Shown piece after piece: positions 63,813 to 64,000 of a stretch of DNA of 64,000 nt (the first letter of the stretch is position 1; each line of letters begins with the position of its first letter). Origin of the DNA: Acidobacteriota bacterium. GTDB lineage: Bacteria; Acidobacteriota; UBA6911. The notes beneath the pieces were generated by a model. That model had not been told where the DNA came from. It saw nothing but the letters and a program-made list of their open reading frames with translations, and searched no databases. The stretch covers positions 929 to 64,928 of the forward strand of contig JAAYAJ010000002.1 of assembly GCA_012719455.1 (NCBI GenBank). The letters run 5' to 3'. The translations under genes were made by a program, and so were the position numbers.

Positions 63813-64000
63813 TTAGGCGTGCCCGCCGCCCGCGTCGGCGGCTTCCTGCAGCAACCGGTGCACCTCGTTCCTCAACTGCTCCGGGCGCACCGGCTTGTCC
63901 ATGATCCGGTTCGCCTTGATCCAAGACTGGGCCTCCGGGTAGAGCGCGGAAAACGACAGCCCCGTCTCCCCCGCGACCGCAGTCAGGAGAAGGATGGGGA
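63813..64000 (-). CDS. Response-regulator receiver domain protein. C-terminal part only; the gene runs off the window end.
   Basis: Reverse translation ...PILLLTAVAGETGLSFSALYPEAQSWIKANRIMDKPVRPEQLRNEVHRLLQEAADAGGGHA* looks like a receiver alpha4-beta5-alpha5 region. Confidence 0.55.
   Translation of the reverse strand, partial: PILLLTAVAGETGLSFSALYPEAQSWIKANRIMDKPVRPEQLRNEVHRLLQEAADAGGGHA

Overview
64 kb chromosomal window from a high-GC (~68%) anaerobe, judged from its iron-sulfur, tungsten/molybdenum and [FeFe]-hydrogenase-maturation content. No rRNA, tRNA or CRISPR was found. Genes are densely packed; several overlap by 1-11 nt, usually through ATGA or TGATG stop/start overlaps. Left to right: a partial porin-like gene; a feo iron-uptake operon headed by a DtxR-FeoA fusion regulator; sbcDC and gloB; a Tat-lipoprotein DUF362 plus a membrane polyferredoxin; a PurF paralogue lacking the catalytic Cys; a secreted TIM-barrel-like protein and an outer-membrane beta-barrel protein. 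Next comes a four-gene operon: a DUF4258-like small protein, a YgiT zinc finger, a radical-SAM enzyme with one in-frame UGA, and a PaaK-like adenylating enzyme. Then an ArsM-like methyltransferase; a YdhX/YdhV-like Tat-FeS plus AOR-family oxidoreductase pair; nifS-nifU; argC; a periplasmic folding pair (parvulin PPIase and a thioredoxin-VKOR fusion); a dihaem cytochrome c fused to a sulfite-oxidase-like domain; then mgtC, gpsA, a rhomboid protease, moaA, a CPBP protease, a HAD hydrolase, yjbQ, a glycosyltransferase, trxB, pgm, a NagZ-like GH3 fusion, hrpB, a 184-bp element bounded by inverted repeats, an orphan NusG paralogue, an M1 aminopeptidase, and an orphan xanthine-dehydrogenase-family Mo subunit with an FAD oxidoreductase and a 570-aa unknown. 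The most interesting locus is at the right end (57.4-64 kb): a same-strand operon encoding a sensory (Group-C-like) [FeFe]-hydrogenase domain fused directly to a histidine kinase, flanked by response regulators and a hybrid kinase, and followed by the H-cluster maturases hydG and hydF. No catalytic hydrogenase or hydE lies in the window, which suggests an H2-sensing phosphorelay with its own cofactor maturases. All calls rest on reading the ORF translations and the sequence; no searches were run.
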